This document shows positions 48,140-58,803 of a DNA stretch of 64,000 nucleotides, in pieces (position 1 is the first letter of the stretch; each line of letters begins with the position of its first letter). This stretch comes from an uncultured Gemmatimonadales bacterium. Its GTDB lineage: Bacteria > Gemmatimonadota > Gemmatimonadetes > Gemmatimonadales > GWC2-71-9. The notes below the pieces were generated by a model. The model did no database searches. It saw only the letters and a program-made list of their open reading frames with translations, and was not told the origin of the DNA. The DNA lies in contig CAVVKJ010000005.1 of the NCBI GenBank assembly GCA_963748815.1, forward strand, positions 1 to 64,000, in the 5' to 3' direction. The translations under genes and the position numbers were made by a program.

Positions 48140-50242
48140 ATGCGTGCCCGGCTGATGGGCCTCGTCGGGCTGGTGCTTCTCGGTCTCAGCGCCATCCTCA
48201 TCGACGTCAGCCACGGGCTGTTCAGCGCCGACGATTTTTCACGCCGGGTTGCGGCGAGCCTCGGGGACGAGGGCGTGTCGGGCTACGTGGCCGACAAGAT
48301 CACCGATGTGCTGATCGAGCGGCGACCCAACCTGACCGCCGTGCGTCCGCTCCTCGTCGGCGCCGCCGACGGGCTGGTCGGGAGCGTTCCGTTCCGGGCC
48401 GTCGCGCGGACCGCGCTCAAGTCCGCCCACGAGGCCTTCTTCTCCCAGACCGGCGAAGATGTCCTGCTGTCGGTGCCCGATGTCGGGGTCCTGGTGCAGA
48501 GCGCCCTCGGCGGGATGAATCCGGAGCTCGCGGCCAAGATCCCGAAAAACCTCGAGACGGTCCTTGCCAAGCTGCCGCAGAGCCGGCTCGGCACGACCCT
48601 GGTCACTGCCCGGCGCGTCCTCACGCAGGTGGCCTGGTTTCAGCGGGGCCTCTTTCTGCTCGGCATCGGACTGCTGATCGGCGGGATCCTCCTCGACGCC
48701 GACCGTCGCCGAGGGCTCGCACGGGCAGGCGTGGGGCTCGTGGTCGTGGCGCTCCTGCTGGCGCTCGTGATTCCGGCGGGTCGACTGGTGGCGCTCGCCG
48801 TCACACAGGACGATGCCGCGCGCGCGGCGCTCTTCGGAGTGTGGCGGGCGTACTTCCTGCCGCTCCTGGGATTTGTGTACTCCTTTGCGGGCACCGGCGT
48901 GATTCTGGCCTCCGCCGCCAATTCCCTCCACGAGAAGACCGATCCATTTGAGGGACTGCGGCGCCTGGCCCGCCTCGCGGCCGAACCGCCCGCCGGCCGC
49001 GGCAGCCGCCTGCTCTGGATTCTGGGTACCGCCGTCGCCGGCACGGTCGTACTGACCTGGCCGTCGAGCATCGTCGCCATCGCCGCCGTCATCGGCGGAC
49101 TGCTGCTGATCTTCGCCGCGCTGCGTGAGCTGTTCCGGCTGGTCCTGGAGAACGTGCCCGAACGTTCCGGCCCCTCAGCCGTGGCGACCGGGCGGCGGTG
49201 GCCGCTCCGGGCGCTGGTCGGAGCGGGGCTCGGCGCCGGGCTGATCGCGCTGCTCCTCTTCCTCCGCCGTCCGGACGCCGCCCCTGTTGTGAGCACCGAG
49301 GTCGTGGCCTGCAACGGCGCGCCGGAGCTCTGCGACCGCCGGATCGACCAGGTCTCGTTCCCGGCCACCCACAACGCGATGTCGAACGCCGAAATACCGG
49401 GGTGGCTGTTCCCGCACCATTCGGTCGACTTCACGGGACAGCTGCAATACGGCATCCGGGCCCTGTTGATCGACATCCATTACGGCTTCCCCGGTGCCGA
49501 GCGGATCAAGACGGACCTTGAGGGAGAAGGCGCCACTCGCGAGAAGCTGGTCGGCGCGGTGGGCGAGGAGGGGTTCGAGGCGGCCCAGCGGATCCGGGAC
49601 CGTATGGTCGGCGTCGACGAGGGACGTCGGGGCCTCTACTTCTGCCACGGCTTCTGCGAACTCGGGGCCTATCCCGTGGCGCCGGCGCTCAAGCAGATCC
49701 GGGACTGGCTGCTGGTGAACCCGGACGAGGTGCTCCTGATCGTCATCGAAGATTACGTGACGCCGGAGGAGATTGCCGCGGCCTTCGAGGAGAGCGGACT
49801 GCTCGAGTTCGTCTACACCGGACCGATCACGCCCTGGCCCACCCTGCGCTCGATGATCCTGTCAAACGGGCGGGTGCTGGTGTTCACCGAATCCGGCAAG
49901 CCGGGCGTGGACTGGCTGCACCCCGCGTTCGAGAGTTTTCAGGAAACACCGTACACCTTTCACAGTCCCGCAGAGTTCTCCTGCACGCCGAACCGCGGGG
50001 GCGCCTCCGGGACGCTGTTCCAGGTCAATCACTGGATCGAGACGACGCCGGCCCCGCGGCCGAGCAACGCGGCGATCGTGAACACGTATGACGTGCTCCT
50101 CAAGCGGGCGAAGCAGTGCCAACGAGAGCGCGGACTGCGGCCGACCTACGTTGCGGTCGATTTCGGCGACATCGGGGAGATCGTGAATGTGACGAGGACG
50201 CTCAACGGCCTCGATACACTGGATACAACGACCGGGAACTGA
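48140..50242 (+). CDS. Multi-pass membrane protein with a C-terminal PI-PLC-like phosphodiesterase domain
   Basis: Several TM segments, then CNGAPELCDR...ATHNAM...QLQYGIRALLIDIH...CHGFC...NPDEV. Confidence 0.78.
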   Translation: MRARLMGLVGLVLLGLSAILIDVSHGLFSADDFSRRVAASLGDEGVSGYVADKITDVLIERRPNLTAVRPLLVGAADGLVGSVPFRAVARTALKSAHEAFFSQTGEDVLLSVPDVGVLVQSALGGMNPELAAKIPKNLETVLAKLPQSRLGTTLVTARRVLTQVAWFQRGLFLLGIGLLIGGILLDADRRRGLARAGVGLVVVALLLALVIPAGRLVALAVTQDDAARAALFGVWRAYFLPLLGFVYSFAGTGVILASAANSLHEKTDPFEGLRRLARLAAEPPAGRGSRLLWILGTAVAGTVVLTWPSSIVAIAAVIGGLLLIFAALRELFRLVLENVPERSGPSAVATGRRWPLRALVGAGLGAGLIALLLFLRRPDAAPVVSTEVVACNGAPELCDRRIDQVSFPATHNAMSNAEIPGWLFPHHSVDFTGQLQYGIRALLIDIHYGFPGAERIKTDLEGEGATREKLVGAVGEEGFEAAQRIRDRMVGVDEGRRGLYFCHGFCELGAYPVAPALKQIRDWLLVNPDEVLLIVIEDYVTPEEIAAAFEESGLLEFVYTGPITPWPTLRSMILSNGRVLVFTESGKPGVDWLHPAFESFQETPYTFHSPAEFSCTPNRGGASGTLFQVNHWIETTPAPRPSNAAIVNTYDVLLKRAKQCQRERGLRPTYVAVDFGDIGEIVNVTRTLNGLDTLDTTTGN

Positions 50243-50281
50243 GGACTGAGGACTGGGGACTGCTGGCCGAGAAAGGCACTC

Positions 50282-51958
50282 ATGTCGGACGCATTGGATT
50301 TCGTCATCATAGGCTCCGGTTTCGGCGGCAGCGTCTCCGCGCTGCGGTTGACCGAGAAGGGGTATCGGGTCCGGGTGCTCGAGCGCGGGAAGCGGTTCCG
50401 CGACGAGGACTTCGCGCGCACCAACTGGAACGTGCGCAAGGCGCTCTGGGCCCCTGCCCTCCGCTGCTTCGGCATCCTCCAGATCAGCCCCTTCCGTGAC
50501 ATCTTCGTCCTTCACGGGGCCGGGGTCGGCGGCGGCAGCCTCGGGTACGCCAACGTCCTGATGGCCCCCGGCGACGAGATGTTCTCCGCCGAGGCATGGA
50601 GCCACCTGGCCGACTGGAAGTCCCTCCTCGACCCGCACTATGACACCGCGCGCCGCATGCTTGGCGTCACCGTCAATCCCCGGGTCTGGCCCGCCGACCT
50701 GCTCCTGCAGGACATCGCGGAAGAGCTGGGGACCGCCGACACCTGGCAGTCGACCCCGGTCGGCACCTTCTTCGGGGTGCCGGACGACGAGGGCGAGGAA
50801 GTGCCCGACCCCTACTTCGGCGGGGAGGGTCCCCCACGCGCCGGCTGCATTCACTGCGGCGGATGCATGGTCGGGTGCCGCTACAACGCGAAGAACACCC
50901 TCGTCAAGAACTACCTGTACCTGGCGGAAAAGTGGGGCGCCGAGGTGGAGGCGGAAGTCGAGGTGCGGGACATCGTTCCGCTGCCGGCGGGGCAACCCGA
51001 CGGGGCGCGGTATGAAGTGGTGTACCGCTCGTCGTCGGCCCTGTTGTTCAGGGCCGAGCGGCGGATCCGCACCCGCAACGTCATCGCCGCCGCGGGCGCG
51101 CTCGGCACGATGCGCCTCCTGTTCCGCTGCCGGGACGTGACTGGCTCCCTGCCCCGTCTCTCCCCGCGGCTCGGCGACATGGTCCGCACCAACAACGAGT
51201 CGCTGCTTGGTGTCATCGCCCGCGACGACAGGGCGGACTATTCGCAGGGAATCGCCATCACCTCCATCGTCCACGCCGACGCCAGGACGACCATCGAGCC
51301 GGTGCGCTATTCCCCCGGCTCGTCGATGATGCGTCTCCTGACCGGACCGATCATCGAGTCGGGAGGATTCCTCAGCCGGCTGGCCCAGTCCGTGTGGCAG
51401 GTCGTCGCCCGGCCGGTTGATTTTGCCCGCACCCACTTTCTCCCCCGATGGGCGCAACGGACCACGATTATCCTGGCGATGCAAACAGAGGACACGCGGC
51501 TGCGCTTTCGGTTCGGGCGGAGTCTCTTCACCTTGTTCCGGCGGGGGCTGGTGTCCCATCCCGATCCGGAGAGCGGGCATCCTTCTGCCATCGCCATCAG
51601 CCGGAAGGTGACCCGACGGTTCGCGGAGAAAACCGGCGGGATCGCCGCCGGATCGATCAACGAGGGGTTGCTCGGCATCCCGATGACGGCGCACATCCTC
51701 GGCGGGTGCCCCTTCGGGAAGGATGCGGCCGAGGGTGTCGTGGGCCTCGACGCGCAGATCCACAACTATCCCGGCCTCTACGCCATCGACGGGTCCATCG
51801 TGCCCGCCAATCCCGGGGTGAACCCCAGCCTGACGATCACCGCCCTGGCGGAGTACGCCATGAGCCGGATGCCTGCGAAGCCGGGGGCATCGGTCCGCGC
51901 GCCGATCGGCGTGGGAGCGATCGATGCCATGGAGGCACGCAGCGCTGTTGGCGCCTGA
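50282..51958 (+). CDS. GMC oxidoreductase, cholesterol oxidase (ChoD)-like
   Basis: IIGSGFGGSVSALRLTEKGY, GVGGGSL, CIHCGGCMVGCRYNAKNTL, TAHILGGC, NPGVNPSLTITALAE. Confidence 0.9.
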   Translation: MSDALDFVIIGSGFGGSVSALRLTEKGYRVRVLERGKRFRDEDFARTNWNVRKALWAPALRCFGILQISPFRDIFVLHGAGVGGGSLGYANVLMAPGDEMFSAEAWSHLADWKSLLDPHYDTARRMLGVTVNPRVWPADLLLQDIAEELGTADTWQSTPVGTFFGVPDDEGEEVPDPYFGGEGPPRAGCIHCGGCMVGCRYNAKNTLVKNYLYLAEKWGAEVEAEVEVRDIVPLPAGQPDGARYEVVYRSSSALLFRAERRIRTRNVIAAAGALGTMRLLFRCRDVTGSLPRLSPRLGDMVRTNNESLLGVIARDDRADYSQGIAITSIVHADARTTIEPVRYSPGSSMMRLLTGPIIESGGFLSRLAQSVWQVVARPVDFARTHFLPRWAQRTTIILAMQTEDTRLRFRFGRSLFTLFRRGLVSHPDPESGHPSAIAISRKVTRRFAEKTGGIAAGSINEGLLGIPMTAHILGGCPFGKDAAEGVVGLDAQIHNYPGLYAIDGSIVPANPGVNPSLTITALAEYAMSRMPAKPGASVRAPIGVGAIDAMEARSAVGA

Positions 51959-51974
51959 AGCAAAGGAGCACGCG

Positions 51975-52460
51975 ATGACTCTCACCCTGACGTCCACCAC
52001 CTTCGTGCAGGGCGGCGATATTCCGGTACGCTGCACCTGTGAAGGGAAGGACCTCGCGCCAGGGCTCACCTGGGCGGGACTGCCGGTGGGGACGAGGAGT
52101 CTTGCCCTCATCGTCGACGATCCCGACGCCCCTGATCCGGCCGCCCCCAAGATGACGTACGTGCACTGGGTGCTCTACAATCTCCCGGTCGAGGCGGCCG
52201 GATTGCCGGAGGGCGTCACGCCGGACAGACTGCCGAGCGGCACCCGCGAAGGCCTCAACGACTGGAAGCGCACCGGGTACGGTGGCCCCTGTCCGCCGAT
52301 CGGCCGGCATCGCTATTTCCACAAGCTCTACGCGCTCGACAAGGTCCTGCCCGATCTGGGCGCGGCCACCAAGCCGGTGCTCGAAACCGCCATGGCCGGG
52401 CACATTCTCGGACAGGCGGAGCTGATGGGCACCTACATCAAGAAGGGGACGCAGCCATGA
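51975..52460 (+). CDS. YbhB/YbcL (PEBP) family protein
   Basis: DDPDAP, HWVLYN, YGGPCPP, HRY. Confidence 0.93.
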   Translation: MTLTLTSTTFVQGGDIPVRCTCEGKDLAPGLTWAGLPVGTRSLALIVDDPDAPDPAAPKMTYVHWVLYNLPVEAAGLPEGVTPDRLPSGTREGLNDWKRTGYGGPCPPIGRHRYFHKLYALDKVLPDLGAATKPVLETAMAGHILGQAELMGTYIKKGTQP

Positions 52461-52879
52461 CTACGGCAGCGCTGGCATTCGAGGTGAAGCTTACCGAACC
52501 GTACGCGGAGGCGATCGAGACGGTTACCGCGGCACTGAAGTCCGAAGGGTTTGGCGTCCTGACGCGCATCGACGTGCATGCGACCCTCAAAGAGAAGCTC
52601 GGGGCGGACTTTCGTCCCTATTCCATCCTTGGCGCCTGCAATCCGACGCTCGCGCACCGGGCGCTGAGTCACTACGCCGAGGCGGGGCTGCTTCTGCCCT
52701 GCAACGTGACGGTCGAGGCGGACGGATCGGGGGCGATGGTGCGAATCGCCGATCCCGACGTGATGCTGTCAGTAGGCGGCATGGACCAGGATCCGGCGCT
52801 CCGGTCGGTGGCGACCGAGGCGCGCGTCCGGCTGTCCCGCGTGGCCGAGGCGCTTCGCGCCGATCAGGCGGCCACATGA
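52457..52879 (+). CDS. DUF302 domain protein
   Basis: GFGVLTRID, ILGACNP, LLPCNV. Confidence 0.9.
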   Translation: MTTAALAFEVKLTEPYAEAIETVTAALKSEGFGVLTRIDVHATLKEKLGADFRPYSILGACNPTLAHRALSHYAEAGLLLPCNVTVEADGSGAMVRIADPDVMLSVGGMDQDPALRSVATEARVRLSRVAEALRADQAAT

Positions 52880-53310
52880 TGAAGGACGCGCCGGACCACC
52901 TCGACGCCGACCTCATCCTGAAGCTGTACGACCTGCGGCGCGAGGCCGTGCTGCGCGAAGCGCGGTCCCAGCTGACCAACGAGTTCTGGCCAAAGAACGC
53001 GAAGGAGGCGGTGGCAGTCCTCGATCACGCCCACCCGCTGAATCGGGCGTACCGCCAGGTGTCCACCTACTGGGAGATGGTCTACCGGATGGCCCGCCAC
53101 GGCATCATCCACGGTGACTTTCTGGTCGAAAACAATGCGGAAGGCTTGTTGCTCTACGCGAGAGTGGAGCCGTACCTGAAGGAGATCCGTGCGGCAGCCA
53201 ACCCGGCGTCCTTCCAGAACGCGGAGTGGGTGGCCTGCGAGGTGCCGGCGGGGCGGGCGGTCGCCGAGCGGATGCGCGCCCGGGTCAAGAAGGAGATGGG
53301 CGGGAAATAG
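52876..53310 (+). CDS. Conserved hypothetical protein (DUF4760-like)
   Basis: DADLILKLYDLRRE...YRQVSTYWEM; ATGA overlap with the upstream gene. Confidence 0.72.
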   Translation: MMKDAPDHLDADLILKLYDLRREAVLREARSQLTNEFWPKNAKEAVAVLDHAHPLNRAYRQVSTYWEMVYRMARHGIIHGDFLVENNAEGLLLYARVEPYLKEIRAAANPASFQNAEWVACEVPAGRAVAERMRARVKKEMGGK

Positions 53311-53313
53311 CGC

Positions 53314-54063
53314 TCAGGCCAGCCGCGCCCGAAGGGCATCGCGCGCCGTCTCGATCGTGGCGCGGACGCGCGCCTTGAGCTCGGGCAGGTCATCGAGGGT
53401 CAGGCCGGCGGTGTCGATCGGGGGGAGCACCTCGACGACGGCGCGCGCTCGGCTGAACCGCCAGTCGTGCTTCGGGAGGGCGGTGCCGGTACCCGCCACG
53501 GCGAGCGGCAGGATCGGCACGCCGGCCTCGAGGGCCAGCCGGAAGGCGCCGTCCTTGAACGGCAGCATCCGGCCATCGGGCGAGCGGGTGCCCTCGGGGA
53601 AGAAGACCACCGACACCCGGTTGCGCAGTGATTCCCGGCAGCGTTCCATCGCCTCGACCGCGCTGGGGCCGAAGCCCCGCTTGATCGGGATGTCTCCCGC
53701 CATCCGCATCATCCATCCAATCAACGGAATCTTCAGGATCTCGACCTTCGAGAGCCACTTCATCTCGAAGGGGAGATGGCTGATGAGCAGGATGTCCGCA
53801 AACGACTCGTGGTTGGCGACGATGACGTACGGGTGGCGCGGATGTTCGACCCTCACGCCGGCCCGGCGAAAGCTCCAGTAGGGATTGACAGTGGCCATGG
53901 CCACGCCGAGGCGGCGGAACCACCAGCCGACGACGTACCGACCGCGGTCAAACGGAACGGTGACAAGGAAGACCAGCACCATCGTCGGAAACCAGGCGAC
54001 GATGACGACGGCGATCCAGAACCAGGCCCACGCGGAGCCAATGGTTTGAAGGAAGCGTTGCAT
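53314..54063 (-). CDS. 1-acyl-sn-glycerol-3-phosphate acyltransferase family (PlsC-like)
   Basis: NHESFAD (HX4D), FFPEGTRS, FKDGAF. Confidence 0.93.
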   Translation of the reverse strand: MQRFLQTIGSAWAWFWIAVVIVAWFPTMVLVFLVTVPFDRGRYVVGWWFRRLGVAMATVNPYWSFRRAGVRVEHPRHPYVIVANHESFADILLISHLPFEMKWLSKVEILKIPLIGWMMRMAGDIPIKRGFGPSAVEAMERCRESLRNRVSVVFFPEGTRSPDGRMLPFKDGAFRLALEAGVPILPLAVAGTGTALPKHDWRFSRARAVVEVLPPIDTAGLTLDDLPELKARVRATIETARDALRARLA

Positions 54064-54082
54064 GCCGGAAAATAGACCCGGA

Positions 54083-54109
54083 CGTCACCCCGGCGAAAGC
54101 CGGGGTCCA
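54083..54109. repeat. CGTC-type REP-like hairpin
   Basis: CGTC-ACCCCGGC-GAAA-GCCGGGGT-CCA; followed by a degenerate CTTCGCGT octamer element at 54121-54190. Confidence 0.75.
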
Positions 54110-54188
54110 TGGTGGTTGGGCACGAAGAACACGCACGTTGAGTCGAACGCCGTCGTGCCCTTCGCGTCTTCGTGTGAGTCCCTTCGCG

Positions 54189-56354
54189 TTACCGCAAGCG
54201 TTCGGTGCGCGATCGCGCCCGATCCGACAGCGTCACGTCCAGCGGGCCGCTCGTGTGGTCGAGCATGGCGCTGCCGCCATGAGCGAGCGAGAGAATCTGC
54301 CCGGTGGTGGCGTCGCGGATGACGGCAAGGGGATACTCCGCCGCGTTCCAGCGAACGGTGGAGGTCGAGCCAGAGCGTTCCAGTCGCAGGTTGGCGCTGC
54401 GGCCGGCGGCACCCGCGCCGGTCGTGGTCACTGCGGAACGCTGGCCGCGGCTCTCCAGCTGGAGCCGGGTCAGGGAGCCGCGCACCATCCTGAGCGGCAC
54501 CGCGAAGGCGAAGTGTTCTTCGCTCCCTGGCGCGTCGGCCACCGTCGAGCCACGGAACGCAAGGCGAAACGCCTCGCCGCCGTTGGCGTCGAAGCCCCGC
54601 AGGAGGTTCGGGCCGGCGGTCGCCGGGAGCAGCGCCTCGGTGACCGCCTCGAACGCTGGCTCGAGCACGATCGCTCCGTCACGAATCCGGCCCCACACGA
54701 TCAGGCTCGGCTCCCGCACGCCGCCGAGCTGGACCACCGAAGCGGGGCCGCGCTGGTTCATCACGCCGAGGTAGGTGTAGTCGCTGATCCACGTGCTGTT
54801 GCAGTACCCCATGAGGTCGGTCAGCGTCGGCGCCTTCAGCGCGCCGGTCACAAGGTCGTATCCCCACTGCCCGGTCACGCCGCCGCTGTAGGGGTAGTTC
54901 GGGTCGGACGAGCTGACCCCGCCACAGGGAGCGTGCGACCTCCCGAAATTGTGCCCGAGCTCGTGGGCGATGACGCCGGATGCGCTCGGCAGCTTGTCCC
55001 ACCCGACCGAGGTCTTGCCGGGCACGTAGCCGTATCCGGCAATCCCGCCACCGTAGGGCACCGCGATGACCCCATAATAGTTCTTGGTCCCGCCCTCCGC
55101 GGCGCGGAGCGTGTTGATCTCGCTCAGGATGCGGAGCCAGACGCCGTTGCCGTCGCCGGACTGGATCTGGGCAGTGTCGGTGTAGGTGTAGGCGGCGCGC
55201 ACGTCGACGTTGACGGCAGCGAGCGGGTGCATGCGCACGGTCTGGTCGACGAACTGTGCCGCGTTGGCGACGGTGACATTGCCGGTGGAGTTGTCGGCGG
55301 TGCGGTGCACCGGGACCAGGCGCAAGTCGAGCGTCGCCACGGTGCGCAGATTGAGGGTGACCGGCGTGCCGTTGGCGGGGTAGCTGTTGTCGGCGTCGCT
55401 CGATTCGGCGATGACGTTCGTGGGATCGACGTCGAGCACGACCTCGAGCCCCGGTTCCAGCAGCGAGGCGGGAAGCGTGGCGTTCCAGGTGCGGCTCAAC
55501 GCAGCCTGGCTCCCCACGGTATCGGTCGGGACGCTCGATCCTGGCGCCGGGATCGTCACGGTCTGGATCAGGGCCCCGGCGCGGTAGAAACGGGCCCGCA
55601 CCTCGGGTGCGGCGCTGTTGGCCTGGTTGGCGACCGCGAAGACGCGCAACAGACCGTTGCGCCCGGCGACGAGCGGAACGGATCGTCCGTAGGTCTGCAC
55701 GCTCTGCGTGACGTAGAAGCCGTCGATGCGAAGGTTCAGGGAGGTGGCCGACCGGACCGTGTACGCCACGGAGGCGGATGCGGCCGCGCTGCTCGAGACC
55801 GTCACTTGCTGGCTCGACGGCGTGGGGTCATAGAGGGTGGTCGAGCCGGCCACGCCCGCCGCCACGGTGTATGTGCCCGGCGCGAGGCCGGTGAGCGCGA
55901 CATTGCCGGTCTGGGTGGAGGAGTAGCCGCTCGGTCCCGCTATGGTGACGACGCCGTCGACCCCCGCCGGCAATCCGCTGACGGTCAGGCTGAGCGAGCC
56001 CGGTGTGGCACTGTACACGACGGGGGCAGTGGCGGCGGAACCGGCGGTGACCTGGGCCACCTGGGTGGTCGGCAGCGGAACATAGGCCGCGCCGCCATCG
56101 GTCACGTTCGTCGCCGTGATGGTATAGCTGCCGGGGGCCAGGTCGACCAGGGTCGCGGCGGAGGGTCCCACCACTTGGCTGAAGGCACCGGGTCCGGTCA
56201 CCGTGACACTGGCCGCCGCGGCTGGCGGAAGTCCACTGACGCCAACCACGAGGGAGCCCTTGGTGGGCCCGGTCGACTCCCCGCCGCCGCACGCCGCGAC
56301 GAGGAGCACCAGCAGGATCGGTAGGGGAATGCGAGTAAGTCTGGGCGGAGTCAT
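54189..56354 (-). CDS. Lipoprotein zinc metallopeptidase (M66-like) with Ig-like repeats
   Basis: Lipobox VAAC; two G-S-L-x-x-x-V-S-G-L-P repeats; AHELGHNFGRSHAPCG and DLMGYC. Confidence 0.85.
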   Translation of the reverse strand: MTPPRLTRIPLPILLVLLVAACGGGESTGPTKGSLVVGVSGLPPAAAASVTVTGPGAFSQVVGPSAATLVDLAPGSYTITATNVTDGGAAYVPLPTTQVAQVTAGSAATAPVVYSATPGSLSLTVSGLPAGVDGVVTIAGPSGYSSTQTGNVALTGLAPGTYTVAAGVAGSTTLYDPTPSSQQVTVSSSAAASASVAYTVRSATSLNLRIDGFYVTQSVQTYGRSVPLVAGRNGLLRVFAVANQANSAAPEVRARFYRAGALIQTVTIPAPGSSVPTDTVGSQAALSRTWNATLPASLLEPGLEVVLDVDPTNVIAESSDADNSYPANGTPVTLNLRTVATLDLRLVPVHRTADNSTGNVTVANAAQFVDQTVRMHPLAAVNVDVRAAYTYTDTAQIQSGDGNGVWLRILSEINTLRAAEGGTKNYYGVIAVPYGGGIAGYGYVPGKTSVGWDKLPSASGVIAHELGHNFGRSHAPCGGVSSSDPNYPYSGGVTGQWGYDLVTGALKAPTLTDLMGYCNSTWISDYTYLGVMNQRGPASVVQLGGVREPSLIVWGRIRDGAIVLEPAFEAVTEALLPATAGPNLLRGFDANGGEAFRLAFRGSTVADAPGSEEHFAFAVPLRMVRGSLTRLQLESRGQRSAVTTTGAGAAGRSANLRLERSGSTSTVRWNAAEYPLAVIRDATTGQILSLAHGGSAMLDHTSGPLDVTLSDRARSRTERLR

Positions 56355-56472
56355 GGATACGAGCGGGGCAACCCACGTGCCCACCCTATCGGGGAAGCGG
56401 AAGTAATTATGCCGCAACGTTTTGGATGGCTTCGGCGCGGCCGTTTGCACCCCCTGGCCGGTGCGAAATGCG

Positions 56473-56841
56473 CTACTCGGGGAGCTTCTCCTCCCAGAGG
56501 GCCAGGACGTTTCCGTCCGGGTCGGCCACCATGGCCATGATGCCGAACCCCTGCTGCGTCGGTTCGGTCACAAATCTCACCCCCCGCTGGTGGAGACGTT
56601 CGCAGAAGTCGAGCAGGTTTTCGACATGCAGGGTGATGCCGGTTTCCCGCCCCACCATGGCCAGGGCGTTGGGGTGCACGGCGGGATGCACGCCGAGCCG
56701 GGTCTTGCCCTTCTCGCCCTCCATGAACTCGGCGCCGAACGAACCCTGGTGCAGGAGCGGGAGGCCGAGATGATCGCGGTAGAAGAGCAGCGCGCGGTCG
56801 ATGTCGGTCACGAAGATGGCGATGCTGTGGATGTGGGGCAT
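56473..56841 (-). CDS. VOC/glyoxalase family protein
   Basis: IFVTDIDRALLFYRDHLGL...ADPDGN. Confidence 0.9.
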   Translation of the reverse strand: MPHIHSIAIFVTDIDRALLFYRDHLGLPLLHQGSFGAEFMEGEKGKTRLGVHPAVHPNALAMVGRETGITLHVENLLDFCERLHQRGVRFVTEPTQQGFGIMAMVADPDGNVLALWEEKLPE

Positions 56842-56939
56842 GGGTAATAATTTGGCGGGGAAGCGGGGAAGCGGGGAAGTGAACAGGTGGATCTTGACGG
56901 GTGAAGGATAACCGATATCCCCCTGCTAGGCCGTCGCTC

Positions 56940-57320
56940 CTACCCCGCCAGACTCCGGATATGTCCCGCCACCGCCAGCAGTTCCTTGCCGTTCATCCGC
57001 ATGATGAAGCGCCGGCTCACCGAGCTGATCATCTTGACCGCCCCCGCAATGCCAAGCCTGGCCGATTGCTGGGCCAACTGGCCGGCGTTGGAAAGCTTCA
57101 GCGCCCGCAGGTAGTAGTAGTCCATCCCGGTCTCGGTCAGGTCGGCGACCAGGTCGGCGAGCGCGTCCCGGTGGTCTTCGGGATCGTCCGCCTCCTCGAG
57201 GGCCGCGAGGACCGCGCGCATCCGCGCCGCGGACTCCTCGGAGTGATGAAACCGAAGGGTGGGTCCGCCGGCAGAACCGCCGGCGGAGCGCGTTGCTGAC
57301 TTCCTGTCGGTCGAGGCCAT
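56940..57320 (-). CDS. Hypothetical helical protein
   Basis: High-GC3 ORF filling the gap between genes; no recognisable motif. Confidence 0.7.
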   Translation of the reverse strand: MASTDRKSATRSAGGSAGGPTLRFHHSEESAARMRAVLAALEEADDPEDHRDALADLVADLTETGMDYYYLRALKLSNAGQLAQQSARLGIAGAVKMISSVSRRFIMRMNGKELLAVAGHIRSLAG

Positions 57321-57474
57321 GGGGATCCGCTCACGGGTCGATGGGTTCCTGCGCACGAAGATGCCGCTGCCGTGCGGCGCAATCTACTCGCTGCGGATTG
57401 ATTCTGGGCTCGTTCCCGCTGGCGCCCTTCCCCGCCCCGCCGTACCTTCGACGGTCATCCTCTCTGGAGCGCCC

Positions 57475-58803
57475 GTGGCCGTTACGTATGCGCGTCGTCT
57501 CGGTCTCTTTTCCGGCACCATGTCCGTCATCGGGGGGATCATCGGTGCGGGCATCTTTCTCAATCCAGCCATCGTGGCGCAGCGGGTCGGTACCTCCACC
57601 GCGACCATCGGTGTCTGGGTGGGGGGCGGGTTCGTTGCCCTGATCGGGGCGTTCATTTACGGCGAACTCGGGCAACGGCGGCCCAAGGTGGGTGGCGGGT
57701 ACGCCTACCTCCGCGAGGCGTTCGGTCCCTTTCCGGCCTTTCTCTACGCCTGGGGGCTGCTGCTGATCATCGCCCCCGGCGCCATCGCCGCGGTCGCGGT
57801 TACCGCCGGCAACTACGGCGCGGCGTTCTTCGGGGTCTCGCCCGCGATCGCACGTCCAGCCGCCGTGACAGCGATCCTCCTGCTGACGCTCGTCAATTGC
57901 CTTGGCGTGACCTTCGGCGCTGTGACGCAGAATGTATTTACCGTCCTCAAACTGGCGGCCATTGGCATGGTGGTCGTCGCCGGGATCTTCGCCCTGGGGA
58001 ATCCCGCACCGCCCTGTCTCGATTGCGCCGCGCTGGCGGTGCCTGATGGAGGCGGGGCCATGATCGGCGCCGTGGGGGCAGCACTGGTGCCCGTCCTGTT
58101 TTCCTACGGGGGGTGGCAACAGACCAACTTCATCGCCGAGGAGCTCATCGAGCCCGAGAGGAACCTGCCGAGGGCGCTGGTGCTGGGTGTCGTGGTGGTG
58201 GTGCTGGTCTACGTGCTGGCGAACGCGGCATATCTTGGCGCGCTTGGCGTGACGGGCCTCGCCGCGAGTTCGGCACCGGCGGCGGATACGATGGAAGTGT
58301 TGCTCGGACCGGCGGGCCGCGTCGTGATCACCGCGGGGATCGTCTTTTCCACGTTCGGGTTCCTGAATCTCGTGATTCTCGTGACGCCGCGGGTCTTCCA
58401 GGCGATGGCCGCCGACGGGCTCTTCTTCGAGCGATTCGCCCGGTTGCACCCGAGATTCCGCACGCCGGTGGCGGCCATCGTCTTCCTCGGTGTGTGGTCG
58501 GCTGCGTTGGTGTACTCGGGTCAGTACGGCGCCCTCCTGGACTACGTGGTCTTCGCCGACTGGATCTTCTTCGGCCTCACCGCGCTGACGCTGGTGGTGT
58601 TCCGGCGGCGGGACGGGGTGGCAGGCGTTCGCTTTCGGGTACCGGCCCTTCCGGTGGCGATGACGATCTTTGTCGGAGTGGCTGGGTATGTGGTGGTGGG
58701 CTCGATCCTGTCCAATCCGGGCAATGCGGTTCGCGGGGCGGGCCTACTTGCCCTCGGCTTGCCGGTCTACCTCTACTGGCGTTCGGTAGGTATCCGCAGC
58801 TAG
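57475..58803 (+). CDS. APC-family amino acid permease
   Basis: IIGAGIF, YGELG...GGGYAYL, FSYGGW, RLHPRFRTP; about 12 TM segments. Confidence 0.93.
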   Translation: MAVTYARRLGLFSGTMSVIGGIIGAGIFLNPAIVAQRVGTSTATIGVWVGGGFVALIGAFIYGELGQRRPKVGGGYAYLREAFGPFPAFLYAWGLLLIIAPGAIAAVAVTAGNYGAAFFGVSPAIARPAAVTAILLLTLVNCLGVTFGAVTQNVFTVLKLAAIGMVVVAGIFALGNPAPPCLDCAALAVPDGGGAMIGAVGAALVPVLFSYGGWQQTNFIAEELIEPERNLPRALVLGVVVVVLVYVLANAAYLGALGVTGLAASSAPAADTMEVLLGPAGRVVITAGIVFSTFGFLNLVILVTPRVFQAMAADGLFFERFARLHPRFRTPVAAIVFLGVWSAALVYSGQYGALLDYVVFADWIFFGLTALTLVVFRRRDGVAGVRFRVPALPVAMTIFVGVAGYVVVGSILSNPGNAVRGAGLLALGLPVYLYWRSVGIRS

